A stretch of 64,000 nucleotides of DNA from Actinomycetes bacterium (GCA_021797795.1 JAJZZB010000004.1:6791-70790); one strand, 5' to 3'; shown: positions 52,042-63,254, counted from the first letter of the stretch. Notes: a model not told the origin generated them from the sequence alone. A program made the numbers and translations.

Positions 52042-53424
52042 ATGGTCACCGATGGCACCGCCAGTGCGCTCGACCGCCGCTTGGCCCTCGCCCAATCGAG
52101 CTCGCGCCTTCCCTCTCTCGTCGCCGCCCTGGCGAGGAGCGGCAGGATCATCTGGTCGGGCTCTGCCGGAGAGGTCGAGGGCACGGCGCCGGGTGAGACG
52201 ACCCAGTACCGGTGCGGGTCGATCTCGAAGACCTTCGTCGCCGTGTCGGTGATGAGGCTGCGCGACGAGGGGCTGCTCGAGCTGAACGACCCGATCGGCA
52301 CCCACCTGCCCGAGCTGACCGGCTTCCAGGCCAGCGTCGCCCAGCTGCTCTCGCACACCTCGGGGCTGCGGGCGGAGACCTCCGGACCGTGGTGGGAGCG
52401 CACGCCGGGGCGACCCTTCTCCGACCTCGTCGCCTCCTCGATCCGTCCCGAAGATGTCCTCGCCCGGCCGGGGAGGCGCTTTCACTACTCCAACGTCGGC
52501 TACGCCGTCCTCGGCGAGCTCGTCGCCCGCCTGCGGGGTGCCCGCTGGGACGAGGTCGTGGCCCACGACCTGCTCGAGCCGCTCGGGATGGCACGGACGA
52601 CGACCCGACCGGTCCCACCGCACGCGAGCGGCCACGGCGTGCATCCTCATGCTGACGTCTGGCTGCCCGAGCCCGAGCACGACGCCGCCTCGATGGCCCC
52701 CGCCGGTCAGCTCTGGACGACCGTCGGCGACCTGGCCACCTGGTCGGGCGTGCTCGCCGGCGACCGGCCCGAGCTGCTCGCTGTGGAGACGGCAGCCGAG
52801 ATGCGAGAGCCCCTGGCGCTCACCGACATGCCGGACCAGGCCTGGACCACCGCCTACGGTCTCGGGCTGCAGGTGTTCAACCGCGGTGGCGACCGCAGCT
52901 TCGGCCACGGCGGCTCGATGCCGGGCTTCCTCGCCCTGCTCCGGGTCGACCCCGGCCAGGGCTCAGCGGTCGTGGTCATGACGAACGCCACCTCCGGGCT
53001 CGACCCGGCCCTCGAGGGGGACCTCGTCGGCATCCTCGCCGAGCGGGAGGCCACCAGCCCGCCGGCCTGGGCCCCGGCACCGGGAGGCCTTCGCCCCGGC
53101 GTCCTCGAGCTCACCGGCACGTGGTACTGGGGAACGAGCGGCTTCCTGCTCTCGGTCAGCCGGGAGGGCGACCTCGAGCTCTCGGCACTCGCGCTCGGGC
53201 GGGAGTCCGCCTTCCGCCGCACGGGCGAGGACTGCTTCGTCGGGCTCTTCGGCTACTACACCGGCGAGACCCTCCGGGTCGGCCGCCGCGCCGACGGCTC
53301 CCTCTCGCACCTCGACATCGGCTCGTTCATCCTGACGAGGACGCCCTACGACCCCTCCGCACCGGTGCCGGGCGGCGTCAGCGAGACGGGGTGGATCGCC
53401 CGCCAGGCGAGCCGGGAGGGTTAG
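52042..53424 (+). CDS. serine hydrolase, beta-lactamase/transpeptidase-like (class C/esterase type)
   Basis: SxxK nucleophile motif YRCGSISKTF, then YSNVGYAVLGELV (YxN) and HGGSMPGF (the KTG/HxG-equivalent box). Confidence 0.8.
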   Translation: MVTDGTASALDRRLALAQSSSRLPSLVAALARSGRIIWSGSAGEVEGTAPGETTQYRCGSISKTFVAVSVMRLRDEGLLELNDPIGTHLPELTGFQASVAQLLSHTSGLRAETSGPWWERTPGRPFSDLVASSIRPEDVLARPGRRFHYSNVGYAVLGELVARLRGARWDEVVAHDLLEPLGMARTTTRPVPPHASGHGVHPHADVWLPEPEHDAASMAPAGQLWTTVGDLATWSGVLAGDRPELLAVETAAEMREPLALTDMPDQAWTTAYGLGLQVFNRGGDRSFGHGGSMPGFLALLRVDPGQGSAVVVMTNATSGLDPALEGDLVGILAEREATSPPAWAPAPGGLRPGVLELTGTWYWGTSGFLLSVSREGDLELSALALGRESAFRRTGEDCFVGLFGYYTGETLRVGRRADGSLSHLDIGSFILTRTPYDPSAPVPGGVSETGWIARQASREG

Positions 53425-53453
53425 CGCCCTGAGCGAACGGGGACCGTCGGACG

Positions 53454-54395
53454 GTGGGCACCCAGTTCGCGACGGCCATCCCGGCCGCGCTGGCGGCGGC
53501 GGCGACCTTCGCCGTCTCGGCGGTGCTGCAGCAGCGGGCCGCCAGGCAGGCGCCCGAGGGCGAGTCGCTCAGCTGGCGCCTCATCGCCGATCTCCTCCAC
53601 CGCAAGACGTGGCTGGCGGGAGTGGGGTGCGTGCTGCTCGGCTACCTCCTGCAGGCGGTCGCCTTCGGGTCCGCGCCGATCGCCGTCGTCGAGCCGGTCG
53701 TCGGGGTCGAGCTCGTCCTCGCTCTCCCGCTCGCCGCTCGCCTGAAGCGGAGGCGCCTCGGCCGCCGGGAGTGGGCAGGGGCGGCTCTCGTGATGTTCGG
53801 CGTCGGTGCATTCCTCGCCCTCTCCTCCCCGGCGGGCGGCAACGCCGAGCCCGCGCTCAGCAGCTGGGGCGAAGTCGCCCTGCCCGCTCTCGCCGGCACC
53901 GCCATCTGCCTCGGGGTGGCGAGGATGACCGCCGGCCCCCGTCGGGCGACGCTGCTCGCCGTCGTCGCCGGGGTCGTCTTCGCAGTGACGGCACTCCTCA
54001 CCCAGAGCCTCGTGGAGCTGCTCAGGACGAGCGGGTTCGCCTCGATCTTCGAGACCTGGCAGCTGTACGCCCTGGCGATCGCCGGGCCGCTCGGGTTCAC
54101 CGTCGCCCAGAGCGCCTACCAGGCGGGCCCGCTCGCCCTGTCGCTGCCGGTCATCGACTCGCTCGAGCCGAGTGTGTCGGTCGTGCTCGCCGCCTTCCTC
54201 TTCGGCCAGCGGATCTCGTTCGCGCCGCTCCACCTCGGCGGGGAGATGCTCGGCGCGGCGCTCGCCGTCGTCGGCATCTTCCTCCTCGCCCGCTCGCCCC
54301 TCGTGCTCGCCGTCTACGAGCAGACCGAGCAGCAACGGCGCCACGACGAGCCGGAGGGCGACGGCGAGCCCTCCCTCTCCCGGGCGGCCGGGTAG
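53454..54395 (+). CDS. DMT-superfamily-like membrane transporter
   Basis: GTG start. Nine to ten hydrophobic spans with a two-half repeat. The sequence begins FATAIPAALAAAATFAVSAVLQQRAA. I recognise no sharper motif. Confidence 0.6.
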   Translation: MGTQFATAIPAALAAAATFAVSAVLQQRAARQAPEGESLSWRLIADLLHRKTWLAGVGCVLLGYLLQAVAFGSAPIAVVEPVVGVELVLALPLAARLKRRRLGRREWAGAALVMFGVGAFLALSSPAGGNAEPALSSWGEVALPALAGTAICLGVARMTAGPRRATLLAVVAGVVFAVTALLTQSLVELLRTSGFASIFETWQLYALAIAGPLGFTVAQSAYQAGPLALSLPVIDSLEPSVSVVLAAFLFGQRISFAPLHLGGEMLGAALAVVGIFLLARSPLVLAVYEQTEQQRRHDEPEGDGEPSLSRAAG

Positions 54396-55898
54396 CTACT
54401 CGGGCACCCCGAGGGAGACCGGCTCCGGCCGGACGCCGGCCGGGACGGCCCCGGGCGAGGGCGTGCGCCGCAGCGCCGGGGCGAACAGCGCAGTCACGGC
54501 GGCGGCGAGCGCGATGGCGGCGGACACCTCGAGAGCGCCGGCGTACGCCGATGAGGCGGCCTGCCTCGGTCCGAGGTGCCCGACGAGCTCGTTCATACGG
54601 GTGGTCGCCAGCGTGGCGAGCGCCGCCAGCCCGATCGCTCCCCCGATCTGGCGGGAGGTGTTGACGAGCCCGGAGGCGAGTCCGGCCTGCTCCGGCCGGA
54701 CACCGGCGGTCGCCGAGTAGGCGAGTGGCGTGAAGGAGAGGCCGAGCCCGAAGGTGACGAGCACGCTCGGGACGAAGAAACCCGACCAGTACCCCGTCGA
54801 GAGTCCCACCTGTCCGAGCCAGTACAAACCGCCCGCCGAGGAGAGGGCGCCGAGCACGAGCAGTGGCCGGGGGCCGACCGCCACGAGGATCCGGGAGGAG
54901 AGCTGGGCGCCCACCACGATGGCGACGGCCTGGGGAACGAAGGCGAACCCGGTGCCGATCGGCGTGTAGCCCCTCACCTGCTGGAGGTAGAGCGAGACGA
55001 AGAACCACATCGCGAACAGGGCACCGGAGAGGAGGAACATCGTGAGGTTGGCGCTCCAGATGGGCCGGCGGCGGAACATCGTGAGCGGCATGAGGGGACT
55101 GCGCGCCACCTTGGCCTCGTAGAGGAGGAACCCGGCGACGAACAGTGCAGCGGCCGCCAGGGTGGCCAGCGTCTGCCAGGACGCCCATCCGACCGAGGTC
55201 GTCCGCACCACGCCGAGGACGAGGGTGCTGAGGCCGACCGTGGCGAGGACGGCTCCCGGCAGGTCGAGCGACGGCCGCTCCCCCATCGCCCGGCTCTCTT
55301 GGAGGTAGGCGCGCCCGAGCAGCATCGTCACGATCCCGATCGGGATGTTGATGAACAGGATCCAGCGCCACGAGAGCTCCTCGGTGAGGATCCCGCCGAG
55401 CAGCGCGCCGGCGGCGCCGCCGGCGCCGGCGACGGCGCTCCAGATTCCCATGGCCCGCGATCGCCGCTTCGGGTCGGTGAAGGTCGTCGTGAGGATCGTG
55501 AGGGTCGCCGGCGAGAGGATCGCTCCGCCGAGCCCCTGCGCCGCCCGGGCGCCGATGAGCCACGCCTGGTTCTCGGCCAGGCCGCCGAGCAGGCTGGCAG
55601 CAGTGAAGACCCCGAGGCCGACGAGGAAGATCTTCCGCCGCCCGAACAGGTCCGCCGTCCGGCCGCCGAGCAGGAGGAAGCCGGCGAAGGTGAGCGTGTA
55701 GGCGTTCAGCACCCACTGCAGGCCGGACTCGCTGAAGCCGAGGCTCGTCTTCATGGCCGGCAGCGCCACGTTCACGATGGAGACGTCGAGGACCACCATG
55801 AATTGGGCGACGCAGGCGAGGGTGAGGACGAGCCAGTCCGCAGTGTGCCCGCTCCCGCCGTGCGGACGCGCGCGTTCCGGGGTCGTGGGCGGGGCCAT
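54396..55898 (-). CDS. MFS transporter, DHA2 (EmrB/QacA, 14-TMS) family
   Basis: Motifs: CVAQFMVVLDVSIVNVALP and LGGRTADLFGRRKIFLVGL (motif A). There are about 14 spans. It starts 29 nt downstream of the zur stop on the same strand. Confidence 0.85.
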   Translation of the reverse strand: MAPPTTPERARPHGGSGHTADWLVLTLACVAQFMVVLDVSIVNVALPAMKTSLGFSESGLQWVLNAYTLTFAGFLLLGGRTADLFGRRKIFLVGLGVFTAASLLGGLAENQAWLIGARAAQGLGGAILSPATLTILTTTFTDPKRRSRAMGIWSAVAGAGGAAGALLGGILTEELSWRWILFINIPIGIVTMLLGRAYLQESRAMGERPSLDLPGAVLATVGLSTLVLGVVRTTSVGWASWQTLATLAAAALFVAGFLLYEAKVARSPLMPLTMFRRRPIWSANLTMFLLSGALFAMWFFVSLYLQQVRGYTPIGTGFAFVPQAVAIVVGAQLSSRILVAVGPRPLLVLGALSSAGGLYWLGQVGLSTGYWSGFFVPSVLVTFGLGLSFTPLAYSATAGVRPEQAGLASGLVNTSRQIGGAIGLAALATLATTRMNELVGHLGPRQAASSAYAGALEVSAAIALAAAVTALFAPALRRTPSPGAVPAGVRPEPVSLGVPE

Positions 55899-55927
55899 GA
55901 GCTAGGCCAACAGGCCCGGGCGCCGGC

Positions 55928-56374
55928 TCATTCCCGCCCTCCTCGCGCACAGCGCGGGCAGACCCCGGAGATCTCGAGGACGTGCCGGGGCTCGCCGAAG
56001 CCATGGCTCGCCGCCAGCCGGCCCGCGAGGCGCTCCACCTCGGGCGCGTCGAACTCGACCGTCTGCCCGCAGCGACGGCAGACGAGGTGGTGATGGTGGC
56101 GCGAGCCGAGCTCGCATCGGCGGTAGAGCACCTCCCCGCTCTCGGACCGGACGCTGTCGACCTCGCCGGCCTCGGCGAGGGCACGCAGCTGGGTGTACAC
56201 GGTGGTGAGGCCCACCCGAGCCCCCGAGGTGCGCAGGCGGGCGTGGAGATCCTGCGCGCTCGTGAACTCGTCGATCCCCGCCAGCAGCTCGGAGACCGCC
56301 TGCTTCTGGCGGGTCATCCGGGCGCCGACCTGGCGGGTGTCACCCGGGACCGCCTCGGCGCTTCGACCGGTCAC
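55928..56374 (-). CDS. zur: Fur-family metalloregulator, probably zinc uptake regulator
   Basis: Motifs: TRQKQAVSELL .. SAQDLHARL .. TVYTQLRALAEAGEV, then HHHHLVCRRCG .. CPRC (structural Zn CxxC pairs). It is divergent from a Zn/Mn-type ABC operon. ATG 56317 is an alternative start. Confidence 0.75.
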   Translation of the reverse strand: MTGRSAEAVPGDTRQVGARMTRQKQAVSELLAGIDEFTSAQDLHARLRTSGARVGLTTVYTQLRALAEAGEVDSVRSESGEVLYRRCELGSRHHHHLVCRRCGQTVEFDAPEVERLAGRLAASHGFGEPRHVLEISGVCPRCARGGRE

Positions 56375-56414
56375 TCCACCTCCCTCCCGGACGGCGGGCA
56401 GCGTGCCCGCCGGG

Positions 56415-56445
56415 CGTAATCCGAATCGGTTTCCGTTACGATTAT
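56415..56445. promoter_or_regulatory. candidate Zur/Fur-type operator (AT-rich imperfect inverted repeat)
   Basis: The sequence is cgtaatccgaatcggtttccgttacgatta. It has outer cgtaa/ttacg arms and an inner GAAnCnGnTTC. It is the only AT-rich patch in the zur-znuA intergenic region and ends 3 nt before the znuA ATG. Confidence 0.35.
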
Positions 56446-56448
56446 GCC

Positions 56449-57375
56449 ATGCACATCTCCCGGCCCGGCGCCCGCGCGGTGATCGGGATCGCCCTCGTCG
56501 GCGCCGGGATCACCGTCGCGGCATGCGGGTCGGCACAGGCCCGGCCGCCCGCCGGGGCGCGCGTCGTGTTGAACGTCGTCGCCGCCGAGAACACCTGGGG
56601 CAGCCTCGCCGGCCAGCTCGGAGGGCGCCAGGTACACGTGCTGAGCCTGCTCAGGGACCCCAATGCCGACCCGCACCAGTTCGAGGGCGACGCGGCCGAC
56701 GCCCGGGCGCTCGCGAGGGCCAACCTCGTCGTGGTGAACGGCGCCGGCTACGACGGCTGGGCGACCAAGATGCTCGCCGCAGGCCCGTCACCGGGACGGC
56801 GTGTCCTCTCGGTCGCCCGCCTCGTCGGCACGCGCCCCGGCGAGAACCCGCACCTGTGGTACGACCCGGTCGTCGTCACCCGGGCGGCGAACGCCCTCAC
56901 GGCGGAGTACGAGACCCTCGAGCCGGCTGAGCGAGCGTACTTCGCCGCCCGCCACCGCATGGTCATGGAGCGCCTGGCCGGCCTGTTCGGGGAGATGGCC
57001 TCGATCCGCGCCCACCACAGGGGCGCCAAGGTGGCGGCCACCGAGAGCATCTTCGTCTACCTCGCCCGCTACCTCCGCCTCGACCTCGTCACCCCCCCGG
57101 CCTTCATGGACGCCATCTCGGCCGGCACGGACCCGCCGGCGCAGGCATTGGCGGAGTTCTCCCGACAGATCGCCCACCACGCCTTCGGGGTCCTCGTCTA
57201 CAACGTCCAGACCGTCACACCGCTCACGAGCGGGCTCGTTTCCGAGGCCCGGTCGCAGGGCATCTCCGTCGTCCCGGTCTCCGAGACGATCATCCCGCGC
57301 CAGGCGAGCTACGAGGCTTGGATGGGCCGCCAGATCCGCCAGCTCGCCGCTGCGCTGGCGGAGAGGCCGGCATGA
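56449..57375 (+). CDS. znuA: metal (Zn/Mn-type, cluster A-I) ABC transporter substrate-binding lipoprotein
   Basis: Signal plus lipobox ALVGAGITVAAC. Motifs: VVAAENTWGSLAGQLGG, DPNADPHQFE, NPHLWYDP (typical ZnuA/TroA His/Asp ligand contexts). Confidence 0.75.
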   Translation: MHISRPGARAVIGIALVGAGITVAACGSAQARPPAGARVVLNVVAAENTWGSLAGQLGGRQVHVLSLLRDPNADPHQFEGDAADARALARANLVVVNGAGYDGWATKMLAAGPSPGRRVLSVARLVGTRPGENPHLWYDPVVVTRAANALTAEYETLEPAERAYFAARHRMVMERLAGLFGEMASIRAHHRGAKVAATESIFVYLARYLRLDLVTPPAFMDAISAGTDPPAQALAEFSRQIAHHAFGVLVYNVQTVTPLTSGLVSEARSQGISVVPVSETIIPRQASYEAWMGRQIRQLAAALAERPA

Positions 57376-58202
57376 GCACCCCGGTCGTCGCCGCCCGGGG
57401 CCTCTCGGCTGGCTACGGCGGGCAGGAGATCTGGGGCGGGGCCACCTTCGAGGTCGAGGAGGGCGAGTTCGTCGCCGTCCTCGGGCCGAACGGCGCCGGC
57501 AAGTCGACGCTGCTGCGGATGCTGCTCGGGCTCATCCGGCCCATGTCGGGGTCGCTCGAGGTGCTGGGCGAGGTCCCCCGGCGGGGCAACCCGGCCATCG
57601 GCTACGTCCCCCAGGCCCGCACCTACGAGACCGAGACGGCCTTCCGGGGTGTCGACCTCGTGCGACTCGGCGTCGACGGCAACCGCTGGGGTCCCGGGCG
57701 CCTCCTCGGCTCCCGGGAGCGGGAGGCGGGCGAGGCGGTGCGGACGGCCATCGAGGCAGTCGGCGCCTCGTCGTACGCCTCCCGGCGGCTCGGGCAGATG
57801 TCCGGCGGAGAGCGCCAGCGGCTCTTCCTCGCCCAGGCGCTGGCGGCCGAACCCCGCCTCCTCCTCCTCGACGAGCCGCTCGCGAACCTGGACCTCCGCA
57901 ACCAGTCGGCCATGGCCGAGCTCGTCGGGAGGCTCGCCTCCTCGAGAGGTCTCACCGTCGTGCTCGTCGCCCACGACGTGAACCCGCTCCGCGACCTCGT
58001 CGACCGGGTCTGCTACGTCGCCGCCCGGGGCATCGAGATCGGGCGACCCGACGAGGTCATCACGACCGGGGTCCTCTCCCGCCTCTACGGGGCGCCGGTC
58101 GAGGTGCTCGTCGACAGCCGCAACCGGCGTTTCGTCGTCGGCATCGACGAGGAGCTGGCGCACCCCCACCACCACGGCGCCGCCGACGAGGGGGCCGAGT
58201 GA
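57372..58202 (+). CDS. znuC: metal ABC transporter ATP-binding protein
   Basis: The ATG overlaps the znuA stop (ATGA). Motifs: GPNGAGKSTLL, MSGGERQRLFLAQAL, LLLDEPLANLD, VAHD. There is a His-rich tail (HPHHHG). Confidence 0.85.
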   Translation: MSTPVVAARGLSAGYGGQEIWGGATFEVEEGEFVAVLGPNGAGKSTLLRMLLGLIRPMSGSLEVLGEVPRRGNPAIGYVPQARTYETETAFRGVDLVRLGVDGNRWGPGRLLGSREREAGEAVRTAIEAVGASSYASRRLGQMSGGERQRLFLAQALAAEPRLLLLDEPLANLDLRNQSAMAELVGRLASSRGLTVVLVAHDVNPLRDLVDRVCYVAARGIEIGRPDEVITTGVLSRLYGAPVEVLVDSRNRRFVVGIDEELAHPHHHGAADEGAE

Positions 58203-59054
58203 CGGCCGCCCTCTTCGCCGCCGTCGGCTGGAACCTCGCCCGCGACGTGAGCCAGATGCTCTCCTACCCCTTCATGCAGAACGCCTTCGAAGCGGGCACG
58301 GTCGTGGCGCTGGCGGCGGGCATCGTGGGCTACTTCGTCGTCCTCCGCCGGAGCGCCTTCGCTGCCCACGCTCTCTCCCACGTCGGCTTCGCCGGCGGCG
58401 CCGGTGCCGCGCTCGTCGCGGTCGCCCCTCTCTGGGGGCTGCTCGCCTTCTCGGTCGGCGCGGCGGCCATCATGGGCGGGATCGGCCGGCGCCTTCGCGA
58501 ACGCGACGTCGTGATCGGGATCGTCCTCATGTTCGCCCTCGGCCTCGGCTACCTGTTCATCAACCTCTACCAGGGCAGCGCCACCGACGTGTACTCGATC
58601 CTGTTCGGGCAGATCTTCGGCATCGACCGTTTCAGCGTCGTCCTGTCCGCCGCCGTCTCCCTCGGCGCCGTCCTCGTGCTCGGCGCCATCTACCGGCCGC
58701 TGCTGTTCGCCTCGGTCGACCCCGAGGTGGCCGAGGCCCGCAGGGTGCCGGTCGGCGCGCTCAACGTGGCCTTCATGACCCTGCTCGGGGTCACCGTCGC
58801 GGTCGCCGTCCAGATCGTGGGCGTGCTGCTCATCTTCGCCCTCCTCGTCGCGCCGGCCGCCGCCGCCGAGAGGCTCGCCGCCCGCCCTGCGGCCGCCATC
58901 GCCGCCTCGGCGGCCATCGCCGTCGCGTGCACCTGGATCGGGCTGTTCCTCGGCTTCTACTTCAGCCCACCGGTCAGCTTCTTCATCGCGACGCTCGCCA
59001 CGGGCGCCTACCTCGCCGCCCGTCTCGTCTCCTCCGTCGCCCGGCGCGGTGGGC

Positions 59055-59083
<29 letters not shown>
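58199..59083 (+). CDS. znuB: metal ABC transporter permease
   Basis: GTG overlaps the znuC stop (GTGA). Typical ZnuB/TroC start FMQNAFEAGTVVALAAGIVGYFVVLRR. There are 8-9 spans. Confidence 0.85.
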
Positions 59084-61238
<2,155 letters not shown>

Positions 61239-61311
61239 CCCGGTGTCGTCTCGTGTTCTCACGCCCGGCGACGCTAGCGGCGCTCCCACCGAGGCCAGAG
61301 GGCCAGGAGGC

Positions 61312-62766
61312 TCACTCCTCGGCCGGAAGCCGGGCCGAGTAGATCGAGTAGCCGTCGACGATGCGGGCGACGAGCGTCGCGAGCACGGTGGCCACGATCA
61401 TCGGCACCATGATGGAGAAGCCCTGATGGGTGAGCTCCACCATGAGGGCGAGACCCGACAGCGGCGCCTGCATCGCCGAGCCGATCATGGCCGCCGCCCC
61501 GACGAGAGCGTAGGCACCGATCGAGCCCCCGCCCCACACGTGCATCCAGACGACCCCGAGGAAGCCCCCGATCATCGCCCCCGTGCTCATCGTCGGGGTG
61601 AACAGCCCGCCGGAGGCACCCGACTGCAGGGAGACGGCCGTGGCGAGGGGCTTCAGGGCGAACAGGGCGAGGAACAAAAGGATCGTCCCGTTGCCGAGGA
61701 AGGCGCCGTGGGCCATGTCCTTGCCGTTCCCGAACAGCTGCGGGTAGGCGATGCCGAGGACGCCGACGGCCGTGAAGGCGAGGAAGGGGGCGAACATGGC
61801 GAACCGCCCGTGGGCCCGATGGTGCGAGATCCAGCCGATGAGCCGGATGTAGCCGGAGGCGAACAGCCCGATGAGCGGGCCGGCGATGACCGCCCAGACC
61901 ATGATCGCCGGGGAGAGGTGGTAGGCGGGCAGGTTGAGGTAGGTGGCCCGGATCGGCAGGTAGATCCAGGCGGTCGCCGTGGCGATGGCCGAGCAGGCGA
62001 GCGCCGGGAGCACGACCGGGAGCGCCATCGTGCCAAGGGTGACCTCGAGGGTGAAGATGGCACCCCCGAGCGGCACGTTGTAGACGGCCGCCAGGCCGGC
62101 GCCGGCTCCGCAGGCGACGATGACGCGGCGCTGGCCAGGGGTGAGCCCGAACCAGTCCGCCATGAGCGACCCCGACGAACCGCCCATCACCTTCGGGGCG
62201 TTCTCTCGACCGATCGAGGCCCCCATCCCGATGACGAGCTCGGAGATGATCCCGCTCCCGAGGCAGCGGCGGAAGGAGAGCTTGGAGTCGCCCTTCCAGA
62301 TGGCGTCGTCGACCTCGGACTTCTCGCCTCGGGTGTAGCGGCGCAGCAGGTACCAGGCGGGCCCGCCGATGGCACCGGCCACCATGAGCGAGACGACACG
62401 GCGGAGGTCGCTCGATCGCGCCACGGCCGCCTCGAGGCTGCCGGTGTGGTACCCGAAGGCGAGGTGCTGGACGTTGAAGAGCACGACCATGAGCAGGTCG
62501 CCGAAGAGGCCGGTCGCAACGCCGGTCAGCACGAGGGCCACCCAGAACCTGACCGTGAGCGGAGCATCGAGGTCGCCGGTGACGTTCGGCTGCTCGGTGG
62601 CCCCCCGCCCGGACGGGAGGCGGCGCTTCAACAGGGGCGCGGGATGCCGGACGCGCTCGCTGACGCCGGCAGGGCCGGAACGGGCCTGACGCGTGTCCTG
62701 CGCCGGTGCATGCCGTCCGGGGTATCTCATGGGGTCATCGTGGGTGGCGGATGGCTCGTCGCGCAA
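61312..62766 (-). CDS. ClC-family voltage-gated chloride channel/antiporter
   Basis: Motifs: LGSGIISE (GSGIP-like), GASIGRENAP (GREGP-like, with the gating Glu), YNVPLGGAIFTLE, GGLFTPT (GxFxP). The start is uncertain (TTG 62766 or ATG 62730). Confidence 0.8.
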   Translation of the reverse strand: MRDEPSATHDDPMRYPGRHAPAQDTRQARSGPAGVSERVRHPAPLLKRRLPSGRGATEQPNVTGDLDAPLTVRFWVALVLTGVATGLFGDLLMVVLFNVQHLAFGYHTGSLEAAVARSSDLRRVVSLMVAGAIGGPAWYLLRRYTRGEKSEVDDAIWKGDSKLSFRRCLGSGIISELVIGMGASIGRENAPKVMGGSSGSLMADWFGLTPGQRRVIVACGAGAGLAAVYNVPLGGAIFTLEVTLGTMALPVVLPALACSAIATATAWIYLPIRATYLNLPAYHLSPAIMVWAVIAGPLIGLFASGYIRLIGWISHHRAHGRFAMFAPFLAFTAVGVLGIAYPQLFGNGKDMAHGAFLGNGTILLFLALFALKPLATAVSLQSGASGGLFTPTMSTGAMIGGFLGVVWMHVWGGGSIGAYALVGAAAMIGSAMQAPLSGLALMVELTHQGFSIMVPMIVATVLATLVARIVDGYSIYSARLPAEE

Positions 62767-62815
62767 ACCCGGGAGGGCGGGCCACTGGCAGTCAGCCTCC
62801 TCGTCCCCTGGCGGG

Positions 62816-62922
62816 GGCGTCGTGCCGAGGTGAAAATGGGCTCGGGAAGCCCGCGACGCCGACCCTTGCTTGGCACCTGAGGCCGACAGTCAGTCCGGCG
62901 CCGGATCCCGACCAGAAGGGTC
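62816..62922 (+). other. candidate structured RNA element (two abutting helices, each closed by 7 bp)
   Basis: Helix 1: ggcgtcg 62816-62822 pairs with cgacgcc 62854-62860. It encloses ccgag/ctcgg with loop gtgaaaatggg. Helix 2: gaccctt 62861-62867 pairs with aagggtc 62916-62922. It encloses the 12-nt palindrome tccggcgccgga. There is no codon periodicity here. Strand and function are unknown. Confidence 0.25.
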
Positions 62923-63020
62923 GCGCGCTGTTGCTTCGTCCACGGACCAGGAGCTCGGTGCCCTGGCCGGGGCGCCCGGGCGTCCCGCTCCCATGGGCAG
63001 GCAGTGGAGGAGCTGGCGAC

Positions 63021-63254
63021 ATGCCACACGAACCTGCGGTCATCGGCGCCGGCGAGCGGGAGGAGGTCATCAAGAGCGCCGGGGACGTCGACGTGGCGAA
63101 CCCCACGGCCAAGGTCTGCACGCGCATGCCTCAAGACGGGCCTCTCCGGTCCCGAACCATCCCGTACGCACGCCCTCCTCTCCGTACCTCGGGGGACCCG
63201 ACCAGGGGCATCTCCGGAACCGGCCAGTCGGCCGGACATGGGCCTTCGCCGTGA
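63021..63254 (+). CDS. short ORF or N-terminal gene remnant (MPHEPAVIGAGEREEVIKSAGDVDVANPTAKVCTRM...)
   Basis: SD ggaggag lies 8 nt upstream of ATG 63021. From about 63036 to 63130 no A/T occurs at third codon positions. After about 63130 the periodicity disappears, although the frame stays open to 63254. Confidence 0.35.
   Translation: MPHEPAVIGAGEREEVIKSAGDVDVANPTAKVCTRMPQDGPLRSRTIPYARPPLRTSGDPTRGISGTGQSAGHGPSP

Noticed and set aside
62781-62850. Cobalamin riboswitch, suggested by GCCACTG and GGTGAAAAT-like strings and a GGGAAGCC box
   Set aside because: On the plus strand the order of the boxes is wrong: GCCACUG precedes the GGUGAAAAUCC-like box. The B12-box terminal AGCCAGGAGACCUGCC-like element is absent, and the minus strand lacks the motifs. 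Only a covariance-model search could overturn this.
62767-62900. Fluoride (crcB-motif) riboswitch in the leader of the ClC gene on the minus strand
   Set aside because: I could not find the GGCGAUGG .. CCGCC .. GCUGAUGAUGCCUAC-type core in the reverse complement. The ClC also has ordinary GSGI/GRExxP-type motifs rather than an obvious fluoride-subclass signature.
62765-63020. RNase P RNA, tmRNA or another housekeeping RNA in the large gap
   Set aside because: Fragments resembling AGUCCGG, GCCAC and GGUGAAA occur, but in the wrong order for RNase P. No tRNA-like 3' end (GGUUCGAnUCC..CCA) was seen for tmRNA.
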